Shown: positions 35,099-48,701 of the stretch, piece after piece | Numbering within the stretch: position 1 is the stretch's first letter | Layout: the number at the start of each line of letters is the position of its first letter | Source of the DNA: Felis catus | Taxonomy: Eukaryota | Direction of reading: 5' to 3' | Assembly: GCF_018350175.1 (NCBI RefSeq) | Contig: NC_058369.1 | Location: forward strand, 26,290,001 to 26,354,000 | DNA: 64,000 nt | The notes under the pieces: generated by a model | What the model was told of the DNA's origin: nothing | Database searches by the model: none | The model's input: only the letters and a program-made list of their open reading frames with translations | Made by a program: the position numbers and the translations under genes

Positions 35099-35957
35099 AC
35101 CTAAATATAAAGAATGTCTTGGCAGGAACATTAATGAGGATATCATTTTGGCTACCACAGTCTGACACCATGACCCAGGCATTATCTTTTAGTTACTGCT
35201 TCCCTTCTGCCAAATGCTTTTCCCAATCATTATTATGTGCCATTTTATAAACAAGTTTTTTTTTAAGACAATATAGTAATCTTAATCACAATAATAGACA
35301 AATTTATAGAGTATCAGTAAAGAGGCTTCAGGAATACCTTAGCGAGGATACTATTAGCCTGAGCTCACACTCTCTTTCTCAAAAATAAATAAATAAACTT
35401 AAGAAAAAAAATAAAGGCACATGGAACACTAGAACACATAATTGTTACTGTCAATTTGAGGGAGAGGGAAGAGGAATAGAGGGCAGGGAACATATATAAA
35501 GGAGTACAATAGGAAGATGTTTGCCAGTTGAATGGTATATAACCTATTCTGGCACAAATATATGTTCAGGAAATTCTGAATTTTATTTGTTCTATTCTAT
35601 TCTATTCTGTTCTATTTTATTCTACTCTACTTTTTAAGTAACTCTACCCTCAGTGTAGGTCTCAAGCTCCTGACCCCAAAATCAAGTATTTTGAGACATG
35701 TATTTAGAGACAAGATACACTTGTCACATATTTAGAGACAAGTTTAAAAAAAAAAATCTAAATTGTGTTTCTTCAGAAGGAAGGAATGGAGGGGCACGAG
35801 GCTGGCTTGGTTGTTGGAGCATGTGACCCTCCAACACATGTTGGAGCATGTGATCTTGGGTTTGTGAGTTCGATCTATCTCCATGTTGGGTGTGGAGATT
35901 GCTGAAAAATGGGATCTTAGAAGAAGAAGAAAGCAAGAAATGGGGTCAAACTGTACA

Positions 35958-36180
35958 TTTTTTTTTTAACATTTATTTATTTATTTTTTTAATGTTCATT
36001 TATTTTTGAGATAGAGAGCACAAGCTGGGGAGGGGCAGAGAGAGAGAGGATGACAAAGGATCTGAAGCTGGCTATGTGCTGTCAGCAGAGAGCCCGATGG
36101 GGGGCTCGAGCTCATAAACTGTGAGATCATGAGCTGAGCTGAAGTCAGACACTTAACCAGCTGAGCCATCCAGACACCCC
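35958..36180 (-). mobile_element. Can-SINE; further minus-strand copies at about 37535-37738, 41830-42050, 44932-45136, 45335-45533, 50365-50568, 52963-53157, 55972-56196, 59461-59713
   Basis: Reverse consensus; several have clear TSDs (e.g. TTCCCCGAATCTCTT 55957-55971 / 56197-56211). Confidence 0.88.
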
Positions 36181-37794
36181 AGAACTGTATGTTCCTTGTT
36201 CAGACTTACACCCCAGCATGGAAGAAGCACAGGCACTGGAACACTGTGGGTGCTTAGTTGATGTTTGCAATTGGCAGCAACATCTTTGTAAAGCGCAGGT
36301 CTGAACTTCAAACTCAAAGAATATAAAGCAAGACATTGGTGTTTACTTAGCACCTACCAAGTGCCCAACATTGAACTGGAATTTTTAAAATTACTATTAT
36401 TCCTCTGGTAAATCATAGTGAAATAATAAATGTTAGAAGTATTTTTGAGAATTAACATTTTCCCTCAATTTTAGACCTGAAAAGAGCTTGCCTATGATGT
36501 AGTTGTTTGGAAGTATTCAGTTATATGTGCTAATTTCAGCTTTACTCTAAGAATGTTAAAAGCTCAGAAAATTTGCCAGTAAGACAATTCTGGAAAAAAT
36601 GAAAATTTCCAAGCTAAAGGATTGATCCCCAAAATGTAAGAATGTCATATGGTTTCAGCATTTTCTCTTTATGTATTCAGAAATAATTGCATTAGCATGT
36701 TGCTTAAGAGATTTGTCACACCACACAAATAACTCTTAAAACATTTATTTTATATCCCCATATGAAACCAGCTAGACATAGATTCCAGATACACAGTTGA
36801 TTCACTCATAACTGAGTGGATATTGTTGAATTACCATGTTTTATATATTCCTGAGAAGACAGGAATTTCTGCTATGTGAACTTCATCAACCTTTGCTAAA
36901 TAAACAGAATGGAAATGAATGATAGTGTAATATGATCTGTCTTAAAATCCACTTACCAGGTTAACAATGCTTACTTGGCTTTGTTTTCTAAATAACCTAT
37001 TTAAATGAAAATTAATTTGGTAGAAAGGATTTACCGAATACTGTGTTGATAAGCATTTGTTGAGTAGTGACTACAAGTAAATCATACCACCCAAGGATAT
37101 TAAAATGATTCTGAATATTTGAGGAAAAAATGTTAACATTCTTTATATGATTTAATCTATACCTTCATCATGATTCCCTGTGTATATAAGCAGAAGGCTG
37201 GACTAGGTCTGTGTTTCCTGTTTACTTATTAGTAAGAATTACTGGGGAGGCTGTAAAAACATCTAATTCCTAGGTTTCTAGCCTAGAGATTCTGATTTAG
37301 TATGTCTGGTGCAAAGCCTGGGAATGTGTATTTTTAATACCCTCTCTTCTCCCTGCTCCGGAGCAGGGAGATAGATGTTAATAATCAGGCCGGTCTGGGG
37401 GTCACTGGACCTGGAATGCCATCACTGCATCTCTATTCCACCTTTCACCTGTTTTCTTAATCATGGCCTTCTCTAGCTGACGAAGCATATAAAATGGAAA
37501 CTCTGAACACTGAAACTCATGGATCTTAGTCTTCTTTTTTCTTTTTTTAAATTTATTTTGAGAGAGAAAGAGCACACATGGGAAGGGCAGAGAGAGACGG
37601 AGAGAGAGAATCCTAGCAGGCTCCACTCTAACATGGCTCCAGTGTGGGGCAGGAACCTATGAACTTTGAGATCATGACTTGAGCCCTGAGCTGAAATCAA
37701 GAGTCAGATCTTAACCAACTGAGCCACCCAGGTGCCCCTGGATCTTGGTCTTCCGATTGCTACCACAGCTAGTTTTGAATGCCTAAGGTTAAAC

Positions 37795-39340
37795 TTTTTA
37801 TTTTAGATAATTGTGGATTTACATGCAGTTGTAAGAAATAATGCAGAGAGATCCCATGTATCCATTACCCAATTTGTTTCAATGGTAATGTGTTATAAAA
37901 CTGTAGTACAGTATGGCAGTCAGTACATTAGCATTGATACAGTCAAGATATCGATTTAAATATCTCTCATATCTTAGTGTGTTCAGGCTACTTTAACAAA
38001 ACACTATGAACTGTGCGGCTTATACACTACAGAAATTTATTTCTCACAGTTCTGGATGTTGGAAGTCTGATATCAGCGTGGTTGCCTTCTGGTGAGGGTC
38101 CTCTTCCTGGTTCATAGCTGACACCTTCTCAAAGTATCCTCATGGTGGAAGGAGCAAAGAACCCTTCTGGAGCCTCCTCGATATGGCACTAATCCCATTC
38201 ATGAAGGCTTCACTCTCACAACCTAAGAATTTTCCTCAGGTCCTGTCTCTTAATACCATCATTTTGAGGGGCATTTCAACATGAATTTTGGGGGGACACA
38301 ATCATTCAAACCATAGTACCTCACTTTCTATAGCCACACCTGCTTCCCTCCTCCACACACCCTACTACCCCAGCCTTAACTCTTAGCAGCCACTAATCTG
38401 TTCCCCATTTCTATAATTTTGTCATTTCATGAATGTCATATAAATGGAGTCATGTAGTTTATAATCTTTGGGGATTGGCTTTTTCACTCAGCATAACTCT
38501 GGCAGTTCATCCAAGTTGTGTGAACCACACCTTTTTGTTTCTAAGTGGTTTTCCATGATATAGATGTAACAAAGTTTAACCATTCCCCTGTTTAAGGACA
38601 TTTGACTTTTTTTTTCCTAATTTTGGACTGTTACTAATAAAGCTGCTCTGATCCTTCGTGTACAATCTTTGTATGAACACAAATGTTCATTTCTCTCAGA
38701 TAAATGCCCTGGAGTACAATTGCTTGGTCATATGATATTTGCACGTTTAATCTTTCAAGAAACTGCTAAATTGTGTTCCAGAGTGACTGTGCCATTTTAC
38801 ATTCCCACTGGCAATGCATGTGTGGTCCACTTTCTCTGGATCCTAGTCAGCATTTGGTATTATTTTTTGTGTGTTTGAGTCATTTTGGTTGGTGTATGGT
38901 AATATCTCATTCTGGTCTTAATATGCATCTACATGATGACTAGTGATATTGAATATCTTTTCATGTACTTATTTGCCATCTATATATCCTCTTGAAAAGA
39001 ATGTGTATTCTGTTGTTGTTGGATGGAGTGTCCAACAATGCTAATTAAATCTGCTGGTTTGATGTATTGTTGTGGTGTTGTTGAGTTCTATATTGTTCCT
39101 GGTTTTCTAATTGTTCTATCAATTGCTGAGAGAGGGGTATTGAAGTTTCCAACTATAATCATGGATTTGTCTATTTCTTCTTTCAGTTCCATCAGTTTGT
39201 ACTAATTCTGGCGTTGGGTACATACACATTTAAGATTTCTATGTCTTGCTGGTGGATAACTGTTTTATCTTGATGTAATATCCTTCTCTGTCTCTAGTAA
39301 TTTTCTTTGTTCTGAAGTGTACTTTATCTGATATTTCCAC
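37795..39340 (-). mobile_element. Old L1M remnants just upstream of PXK exon 2
   Basis: Antisense L1 motifs (GTTGTAAGAAATAATGCAGAGAGATCCC, CATTTTACATTCCCAC, TATCTTTTCATGTACTTATTTGCCATC). Confidence 0.75.
37972..38316 (-). mobile_element. MLT1A-like ERVL-MaLR solo LTR nested in the old L1
   Basis: TCTTAGT..AGAAATTTATTTCTCACAGTTCTGG..TTTCAACATGAATTTTGGGGGGACACA. Confidence 0.8.
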
Positions 39341-39404
39341 TTATATTTTTGATCCTCTGATTTGGGTATTTTATAACTGAGGCTCTTTCCCCCCTCTTTT
39401 TTAG

Positions 39405-39455
39405 GAATATATCATTCGGGTGCAAAGAGGAATTTCTGTAGAAAACAGCTGGCAG
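39405..39455 (+). CDS. PXK: PXK exon 2 (EYIIRVQRGISVENSWQ), PX domain
   Basis: Polypyrimidine tract and TAG acceptor, GTAAGC donor; 51 nt; follows a 24,365-nt intron 1. Confidence 0.93.
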
Positions 39456-41361
39456 GTAAGCTTTTTTTTTTTTTTTTTCTTTTGTCATTAGAAAAATGTT
39501 TATATGTTTAAAAGTCTGACTCGGGGCCTCTAAAAATCTGGAAAAACCAAAACATGGTTAAGTATGAATCCTGTTTCTTTTAGATATAAACCTTCAGCTT
39601 TAAGATAAGTATTATAATATAAAAGGCTTTTCTGTTTCCAGTTGTTTGGTTTAATTTGTGTATGATGTTACCACAGAGAGTATCTATGAATTTGTTCCCC
39701 AGTTTGGCCCAGAGTAGGATAGATAGATAGTAGGCAGATTCCTGGTTTTGTTCTTAGTAATTCATACCTCCTCCCCTGCAGCCATGGTGTGGGTGGGGAA
39801 GGTTAGAGTTAAGTCCATCAGGTAGAAAGGCTAGATAGCACCTTGGATATTGTACAGCTTGGACACTGCATTTCATGGACTCCCAAGTCTGCTCATGGGC
39901 AAATGCTAGTGCCAGTTCCCTCACTGTGTGTAGGTGAGGGTTACCTTACAGCCCCAGGGTCTGCTCTCCTCAGGGGTGGCCTCAGAAAGAAAAGAAAAAA
40001 CTTCCTACCTAGATCCGGGTGTCCTTTCTATGTCAGTTGACTTTCAGAGGGTGGCTGACTTCTGTATAGGGGCCATTTCTGTGCAGCCTAGTAGGTAATT
40101 ATAATGACCCTCCTCCTCTCTCATCTACAAAAAAAATCTTACCTTGTGCTTCAGGCTTGAACTTTCTCTCACCCTAAGCAGTCTTGGACCACAGTGGCCC
40201 ACACTTGATCTTTCCCCTTTGCCTGAAATTTCAAATGCTTTTTGTTTCAATAATTATACTATTTAACATCTAGTGAGCATTTCTTCTAGGCACTGGTTCA
40301 AGCACATCGATTCACGTAACCTTTAAAAACAGTTCTATACGATTGTATTACCCCATTTTACATTCAAGAGGTAAGTAACTAGTCCAAGGTCATACTCAGA
40401 TCAGTGACAGAACAGGGTTGGGATTTGCATATTCTCTGTGATTAACCGCTGTGCTACCTTTTGCTCCTTTGTATTTATCAGGGATGGCCTTGTATTTAAC
40501 TCTCTGATGTATATTCAACAAGCAGGGCAACAGCATTGTCCTACCAGAAGAATGAATCCTTGAGGCAGTTTTCTAGATGCAGTGCATTAGAATCCTTGGG
40601 ATACTTAACAAAAATGTAGACTCTTGGGCCCCACCCTGGACCTACTGCAAGAGATTCTCTGAGGGTGGAGTCCTAGATGATCAGCAGGTAATTCTGCTCA
40701 CTGGTATTTGAGAATCATCAATAAAAGTTGAAGTCATACCATTCAAAAGCAAAATAATTTCCTTGCCCAGATCCTGAAGAACTAGTGGAATTTGATTCTG
40801 GCCCAATCAATGGCATCAAGCAGAACTAAGAAAGAATGTATAGACAATGGAAGGTGGACGTCTGCTGGGAGGGAAATGCAGAGAATCTGGGAGAGGTATG
40901 GCCTCTCTGCCTGCAGATGCAGTCCTGTCTCTAGAATGGTGGGATCTTAACTGGGGGAAGTTTTATCCAGGGCAAGGATGAAATGGCCTCAAAGCTATCC
41001 ATTTCCTTTTACTTTGATTTCGTGTTCAGTAAAACTTTTTTTGGGTAAATCATTAATTCATCTTTCCAGGTGCCTGGTTAATGAGAAGGATATTGAAAGG
41101 ACTATTCACTCTGAAAACAAAATCATTCTCTCTTACCTGTTGGCATCTTGTGTGTTTGGCTGGCATTAACCAGTTTTGTATGACCCGGCCAACTCTGGGT
41201 CTGTTTTCTGGGCCTGTCTAGTTAAGCAAGTTAAGCACCAGGTATGAGCCCTCCTATGCTTAGTGCAAATGCCTGAGCTCTAGAATGTCAATAAATATTA
41301 AATAAGGAAATGAAAAGAGATGGTCTTTGCCAAATGAAAACACCACTGTCTTGTCTTACAG

Positions 41362-41409
41362 ATTGTGAGGAGATACAGTGACTTTGATTTGCTGAACAAC
41401 AGCTTGCAG
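41362..41409 (+). CDS. PXK: PXK exon 3 (IVRRYSDFDLLNNSLQ), PX RRYSDF motif
   Basis: TTACAG acceptor, GTAAAT donor; 48 nt; canonical PX-domain RRY motif. Confidence 0.95.
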
Positions 41410-41874
41410 GTAAATATTTGAAAACACTAATGACACACGTTCATTGCTTGGGCTGTCTTAGAAATTAGTTGGAAATGACAATATCAGGAACAAGAAATCA
41501 GCAAATTTCCCTGGCAGAGGAGATAGACTTATACTTTAAACAGATGATGTGTGGCTCTAAAAATAAACTTTTGGTAACATGTGATTTATGATAGTCACCT
41601 TGCAAGTGAGTACCTTTATGCAAGACTGCATCCTTACCACAGCCATGGATGCTGTGTATCATCTCCTTTGCACAGATTGGGAATGACTAACTAAATTGCT
41701 AGACTTGTTCACTTAGAGCTGGGACTGTCTCAGACTCTCTCCACTGAACTAGGCTGCATAGTCAGTTGCAGATCAATACTCAACAGTAAATAGAGACTCA
41801 GTCTTTTTCAATGTAATTTTTTCTCTCTCTTTTTTTTAAATATTTTGAGAGATAAAGAGCATGAGCAGGGTAGG

Positions 41875-41920
<46 letters not shown>

Positions 41921-43841
41921 CCCAAGCAGGCTCTGTGCTGTCAGAGCAGAGCTGAACTTGGGACCCCATCCCATGAACTATGAGATATGACCTGAGCTGA
42001 AACCAAGAGTCACATGCTTAACCAACTGACTGAGCCACCCAGGTTCCCCGTAACTTTTTTCTCTTAAATACATATTTCTAAATTCCTCTGGTTTAAATAT
42101 TCCCACTTTGGTGGCCATAATGGACAGAGAAATGAGCTGCAGAGCCTTTTTCTGGAAACATGTGCTTGAAGGGTCCTAGAGGGGCTTAAGTACCGTAGTG
42201 AGTAGTGGCAATAGCACTCATGTCTCCATTTAGCAGATTGGTCTTCAAGTGCCGTGGGTTACTGCAGATCATTGGGCTTGTGTCATATCTCAGATTTGAT
42301 TGGTAATATAAATCTGAGCCAGAGCACGTGGCTTGTGACCAGCTCAGCTGGGAGGTGAAGCACTGCTCCCTTCATTGGTGAACGAGCCATCACATATTAT
42401 TGAGTGACCTCTGATCCTGCCCACAAAAGTCAGTCAGACTGCAGGCTGGCAGGGAGCAAAATGCTTCCTTTCCTTCAAAAGGCTGTGGTCATTGATAAGA
42501 TTCTCGAAAGTAGCAAATGTAGTATCCAAACTTTACCATTATTTACAGCCCTGCTGAAAACATGAATGCTTAACTTTCTCTCTGGTAGAATTGGCCTGAG
42601 TTGTCTACAGACCTTTATGTAATTGGCAGATGGTTATGCATTTGCCAAATGTTGTCTTTTTGAATTTTAATTATAGTATGACCAATTTAAATCTCCAGAT
42701 AAAATATTGGAAGAGATCAGATTCTACTCATTGATGGGTTTAATTGGTTTATGGATTTTTATAGCATAGCCTTTCCACTCAGACAAAAGCTGGGTCTGTG
42801 GTGGCACTGTAGATGAGGCACCGAAATATAGTGTATTCCAACAGTGGATTTTCTCCACAAGTCTCTCTAGACATTTCCGTGCAACATTTCCACCCTGGCA
42901 TGAGCTTCTGGGAGCCAACTTTGGGCCTACTGTGTGTTTTCACCACAATGCACAAGTGAACCTTTGCCCAGTGATCTTCGTACAGTGTCATTCAGCCAGG
43001 AGTAAGTCTTATGGGAGGAAGGTTTCTGAACTTGAAATTGCCTAGGCCCAGCCCCCAAAAATGGGGATGGGAGGAAAGGGTTTTATCTCATATTTGTTCT
43101 TGCTTAGGGGATGTAAGGTTGAATCTCTATGACTATTCAATGATGGCCTTTTTAATATAATAGAATTTTATTTTTGCTTCAGTGTAAGTTTCCCTTTTAA
43201 AATAGGCACTTTCAGTGTGCATTTTATTTCAAATGCAAATATCCACATGTATTGATGTTGGCTTATGCTGGGCAGGATATGGCCAGACATCATTTCAGTG
43301 GGAGGTTTTTCTAGATCCAAGTAAACAAACAGAAGAAAGTACACACAGCTTTTTGGCAAGAAAATAATTTCAAAACAACCTTCATAAAACAGACCAAAAA
43401 GACTCTCAAAACCACAGAATAAAACTGTGACTGTGATTTTTAGTGTCTGATTACCCTTCTGACGGATAAATGAGTTCCTGCTGAAGAAAGAGAAATATAA
43501 TACACATATGTGGAGTTGTCTGACTCCAATAGGAAAAATGCCAAAATGAAAAAAAAAAACAGGATGTAAAATTATACATGCAATATAATATAATTACATG
43601 AAATGTTTAGAAAAAACGATTGGAGGGAAATATGCCAAACTATTAACAATGGTGATCCCCAGGTGGCAGGATTATGGCTTATGTTTTTTTTCTGGCTCTT
43701 TATACTGTTTTGTACTTTCCAAGTTCTTTATAAACAAGCTCATATAAGCTATATAAGCAAAACATTTTTAAAAAGCTTCATTTCCCCAACTTTTTATAGT
43801 GAGCATATTTTGTGGTAATAGTGAAGAAGAATCACTACCTT

Positions 43842-44280
43842 ATTTTTTTTTAATGTTTATTTATTTTTGAAAGAGAGAGAGAGGGTGGTGCCTGGGTGGC
43901 TCAGTCGGTTAAACATCTAACTTCGGCTCAGGTCATGATCTCACAGTTGGTGGGTTCAAGCCCCACATCAGGTTCTGTGCTGACAGCTCTGAGCCTGGAG
44001 CCTGTTTCAGATTCTGTGTCTCCCTCTCTCTTTGCCCCTCCTCCACTTGTGCTCTGTCTCTGTCTCAAAAATAAATAAACATTAAAAATTTTTTTTTAAA
44101 AAAGAGCACACAAGTGCACAGGGGAGGGCAGAGATAGAGAGGGAGAGAGAGAATCCCAGGCAGGCTCTGCACTGTCAGCACAGAGTCCAACACGGGGCCA
44201 CAACTCATGAACTGTGAGATCATGACCTGAGTCGAAATCAAGAGCTGGACGCTTAACTGACTGAACTACTCAGGTGCCCC
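43842..44280. mobile_element. Minus-strand Can-SINE with a plus-strand Can-SINE (about 43884-44103) nested in its GA tract
   Basis: Outer near-TSD TCACTACCTT / TCACTAGCTT; inner consensus head and tail. Confidence 0.85.
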
Positions 44281-47014
44281 TCACTAGCTTCTTTTAAAGG
44301 CAACATCAAATTAGTAACCATCTAGGGAAACCACACACAACAACCTAAAGGAAAGGAGCAGGAATTGAAATGATGGGAACTGAGCCCAGATTGGGAAGGA
44401 GTCCAGACTCTGCTCCTTATGGCAGGGAGACCTTGGGTCAGTTATTTCCCCTCTCCATCCTCACCGTCCCCATCTGAAACAAGGGGTTGAACCAGATGAC
44501 TTCTCAGGTCTGTGGTAGCATAAATGTTTTGTGATTTGAATTTTACTTCCCACTGTTGACATAGGAGAGAGACTCTACTGTGTTCCCCGGTGGAGGGGGT
44601 TAGGGGGGAGTGTTGGAACAAGTTAAGAGTCTGTTGAGAGCTCAGAACTCCCTAGAACACTCACTGGAATATGATTGAAGGCAATTTGCAGACCACTGAG
44701 ATCTGATATTGAAAGTGAGAAATTGACAGATTCAAAGTTTGAAGGTCACTCCTCCAGACAAAAGCTAGTTTTGTTAAAATTGCCACATAGTTTGTCATAT
44801 AATTTGGAGGCTTCTACTTATGGGCCAGATTATGGGCTCTAGACTTCACTTTGGTGATCATTCCCCCTTTGCCTTGTCACTCTGCAGATGTTATGGATGG
44901 AACTTTGGGGACTTCTCCACTGGCTTTCTTTCTTTCTTTTTTATTCTAAATTTATTTATTTATTTATTTTGAAAGAGAGCACAAGCAGGGGAGGGACACA
45001 GAGAGAGGATCCCAAGCAGACTCCATGCTGCTAGCACAGAGCCCAACAGAGGGCCCGAACCCACAAACTATGGGATCATGACCTGAGCCGAAATCAAGAG
45101 TTGGATGCTCAACTGACTGAGCCACCCAGGCGCCCCTCTACTGGCTTTCTTGTTCTCTTCCCCATATACAAGAAACTCAAGAATGAAATGCATAGGGCAC
45201 GTTAAAGAGGAAAGCTATCAAAAATGGGATGGTGAAGTGTCATGGCTTGAAGCTATCAATGTTGGAGGTGTGTAGGAAATCACTAGATTAGTGACTCAGT
45301 TGCTCTCTGTGCTAGTATTCTCTTTCCCTCCCTTTTTAATTTTTATATTTTAGAGAGAGAGAGCATATGCAGGCAGAGGGGCTGAGGGGGGGTGGGTGGA
45401 TAGAGGGAGAATCCTAAGGAGGCTCTATGCCCAGCACGGAGCCCGATGCGGGGCTCAATCCCACAACCCTGGAATTATGACCTGAGCTGAAATCAAGAGT
45501 CAGATGCTCAACCAACTGAGCTACCTAGGCACCTCTCTTTCCCTCCCTTCTAATGAGTCATTGGACTTCTAAATTTTATATTCTGTAATTGTCAAGCATT
45601 TTAGAAATCCTGGGAGAAAGCTGAAAGACAAATAAGTGTCTCTTGAATGCTAATCTTTTTTGAAAGGCAAGATTTTAAAATAACACACATATTGCATACT
45701 TCTAATGCTTGTAGAAATAGTTATTGTGAGATGTTAAGGAAGAGTAGGAAAAAACCTCTAGTCTATCCAGCAGACTGGCATAGCAGGGATACTGTAATTC
45801 CAACTGTTGGCAAATAACACTTTGTTTCACCTGATGATTTGGAAGACCTGATGGGATGTCTGGGGCAGATCAATACATTTTCTTTCCTAAAATGAAATTA
45901 AGCTTGAACAAATAGATTGGTGGAAGCTTGAAGGCCAAAAAGTTCAAAACAAATACTTTATCAAACTCATTTTCATATCCCCACCATGAATGAAAAATAG
46001 CCCTGTTGGTGTTTGAATCTGATGGTGTCAGATGTGACTCTTCCTGTCATGAGTCATGTGGGATTCAGCTGGATAGATGTTGGGCAGGTAGTGCAAGGGA
46101 AGGGGCAGATATTGGTTTATGGTAATTTTTAAGAATCCTTGCTGTATAGTGGTCAGCTTTATAAGCAAGAGTTTTTCTTTTTTTTTAATTGAAAAAAATA
46201 GTAAAATGAGAAATGTAAACATTTCATAGTATAGAAAACATTGGTTGTCCAACCCAATCTGAGTTAGCTGTTCTCAAGGTGGTAGTGGCAGTCCTTTTAG
46301 ACATTTTTTTGGTGCATGCATAATCCATATCCCTGGACTTACACATGCACACACACACACGCACGCACACATACACACGCTGTTGAGATTATATTCTGCA
46401 ACTTAATAAAAGTTTTTAAAAGAAAAAGTTATGTTTTTAGTAGTACCTTTGATTATATTACTCAATGCTCTAGAACAAAAATAATAATAACAGTAATAAT
46501 AAGGTGATTCACTTGGATGTGTACTAGCTGAGTGATGTGCTTTCTTCTTAAGTATGCTTTAATAAAGATACTGCTATTAGGTAAAGCTGAATTGTATGAA
46601 TGAGGAAAATGACCTGAAATTTATGTGTCTTAGCTGGCAGCTAATTATGCCATGATAGAAAATTCATTCTAAGTATGCTCTGACACATTTTCATAATTAT
46701 GTTGGAGAAATAGGCAATTTATGATTGTCAGCCAACCTTTTCATCTTGTCCAATATCAAGTTCAAGGTCTTCAGTGTTGTTTGAAAAATACACAGGCTAA
46801 GTTAGGTTTGCCCACATGGGTGGTTTACATTGCATCCTTGTCTGAATTCAAGATGCTCTTCTCTTTAGACTTTCCCCTCAATCAATATGCATGTCACTTG
46901 GGCTGCTCTAATCTAAGCTCAAGTGTAGAATACCACTGCTCTTTGAAAGTGATTTTGCTCATTAAATTAAGATACCAATGTGATGCTTTGTTAAGTTTCA
47001 AAAATAGACTTAAT

Positions 47015-47236
47015 GGGGCACCTGGGTGGCTCAGTTGGTTAAGTGCCCAGCTTCAGCTCAGGTCATGATCTCACGGCTCATGAGTTCAAACTTCACATCA
47101 GGCTCTGTGCTGACAGCTCAGAGCCTGATGCCTGCTTCAGATTCTGTCTCCTTGCGCCACCCCCACCCCCACCCCTGACCCCAACCCCACGTGTGCTCTG
47201 TCTCTCTCTCAAAAATAAACGTTAAAAAATAAAATA
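47015..47236 (+). mobile_element. Can-SINE, TSD AAAAATAGACTT; other plus-strand copies at about 53598-53785, 61247-61430, 62957-63188
   Basis: Consensus head, tail and TSD. Confidence 0.87.
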
Positions 47237-47341
47237 AAAAATAGACTTGTAAAGTTTTAAGGGATCTGGAAAATGATAGATTCAGCACCTATATTTACTT
47301 TTCCTTCCTTCTGAAGCCACTCTAAAACAGCAGTAAGTTGA

Positions 47342-47345
<4 letters not shown>

Positions 47346-47390
<45 letters not shown>
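47346..47390. repeat. (CA)n microsatellite
   Basis: About 22 perfect units. Confidence 0.95.
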
Positions 47391-47392
<2 letters not shown>

Positions 47393-48099
47393 CGAGAACA
47401 AATAGAATAGGAAAGGATAAAGCTACAACAAAACATATGAAGCTGAAAATCCAGTGGATGAGAGCTAATTAAGTAGATATGGGAAGGCAGAATTCTGAGC
47501 TGGGAGGCAGATGGATAACCTCATTGTGTCTCAGTTTACACCGCAGAACCTCCAAAAGGTTTAGCACAAGGTGCTGCCTCCAGTGGGGGGCAAGGTCAAG
47601 CTGAAATCAGAAGTTGAGAGTATGTTTAAGAAACAGATCTCCAGATCTTCCCCCATCTAGCAACTTACACCTGCTGCCCTTCTCCCTCCAGCAGAAGATT
47701 GGAAGTTTATTATCTGGAAAGGGTAGAACATTGGACTGGGGGATGCAGGCACAGTTAAAAATAATTACACAGTACATGTCAGCACTGCCTCTCACCCCCA
47801 ACTTTGCCCCCTTCCAAAAACCTTCTTCCTTTTAGCTCACAGAACATTATTGGTCAGACCTAGACCCTCCAGGCAGGGGACTGGAAGATTTGGGAGGAGG
47901 GGGATCTGCCCAACCTAAGAAGAAAGAATTAAAGGTATGGAGATCACAGGTTCTCCCAATGAAACAGCTGAATGAGGTCACGTGCTAAAATAAAGCCCAC
48001 AGCAGTTAAGTCCCAGCCACTCACTGAGCCCTTCTAGTCAGCTTTTGTTGCTGTGCTCTTCAGTATAAGCAGGCATCCCAGGATCGCCAGGTTCCTAAG

Positions 48100-48670
48100 G
48101 AACACTTTTAACTTGAAAGATAACAATGAAAACAAACAGGAAAAAAAGAAAAAAAAAAAAACTTTTGTAGGCAGAATATATACAGCAAGAGGAACATTAC
48201 AGCTACTTCAGAAAAAAAATTATTTTTTATAATCTCAGAGATAAGAAATTGCATTATATTCAGGATACTGTTAAAAAAAAGAGTACTTAAAAAAAGATAA
48301 TAGTAGAAATGAAAACTCTTTAGAAGAGCCGCAAGATACAGGAAATATCCCCCAAAATTTGTTCAGTAGGGAAAAAAAAGGTTGTTTAACAAAAGTGGAA
48401 AATAGGAGTGAAGAGATAAGAATAGAGGAGCAGTCCAGAATGTCTAACACTGGAATAAGAGTTCCAGAAAAAGAAAGCAAAGGGCATGGAGGGGAAGAAA
48501 TAATGACCTAATACAAGAAAATACCAAAGATATTCATAAGGATATTCGTTTCCAGATAGAAAGGGCTACATACTCAGTACAGAGGCTAGAAATAAGCCTG
48601 CAGAGAGGCACGTGCATGTCACAAACTCAAGTCAAAGAGAAAAGCCTAAAAGCTTCCAGGGAAACAAAAC

Positions 48671-48701
<31 letters not shown>

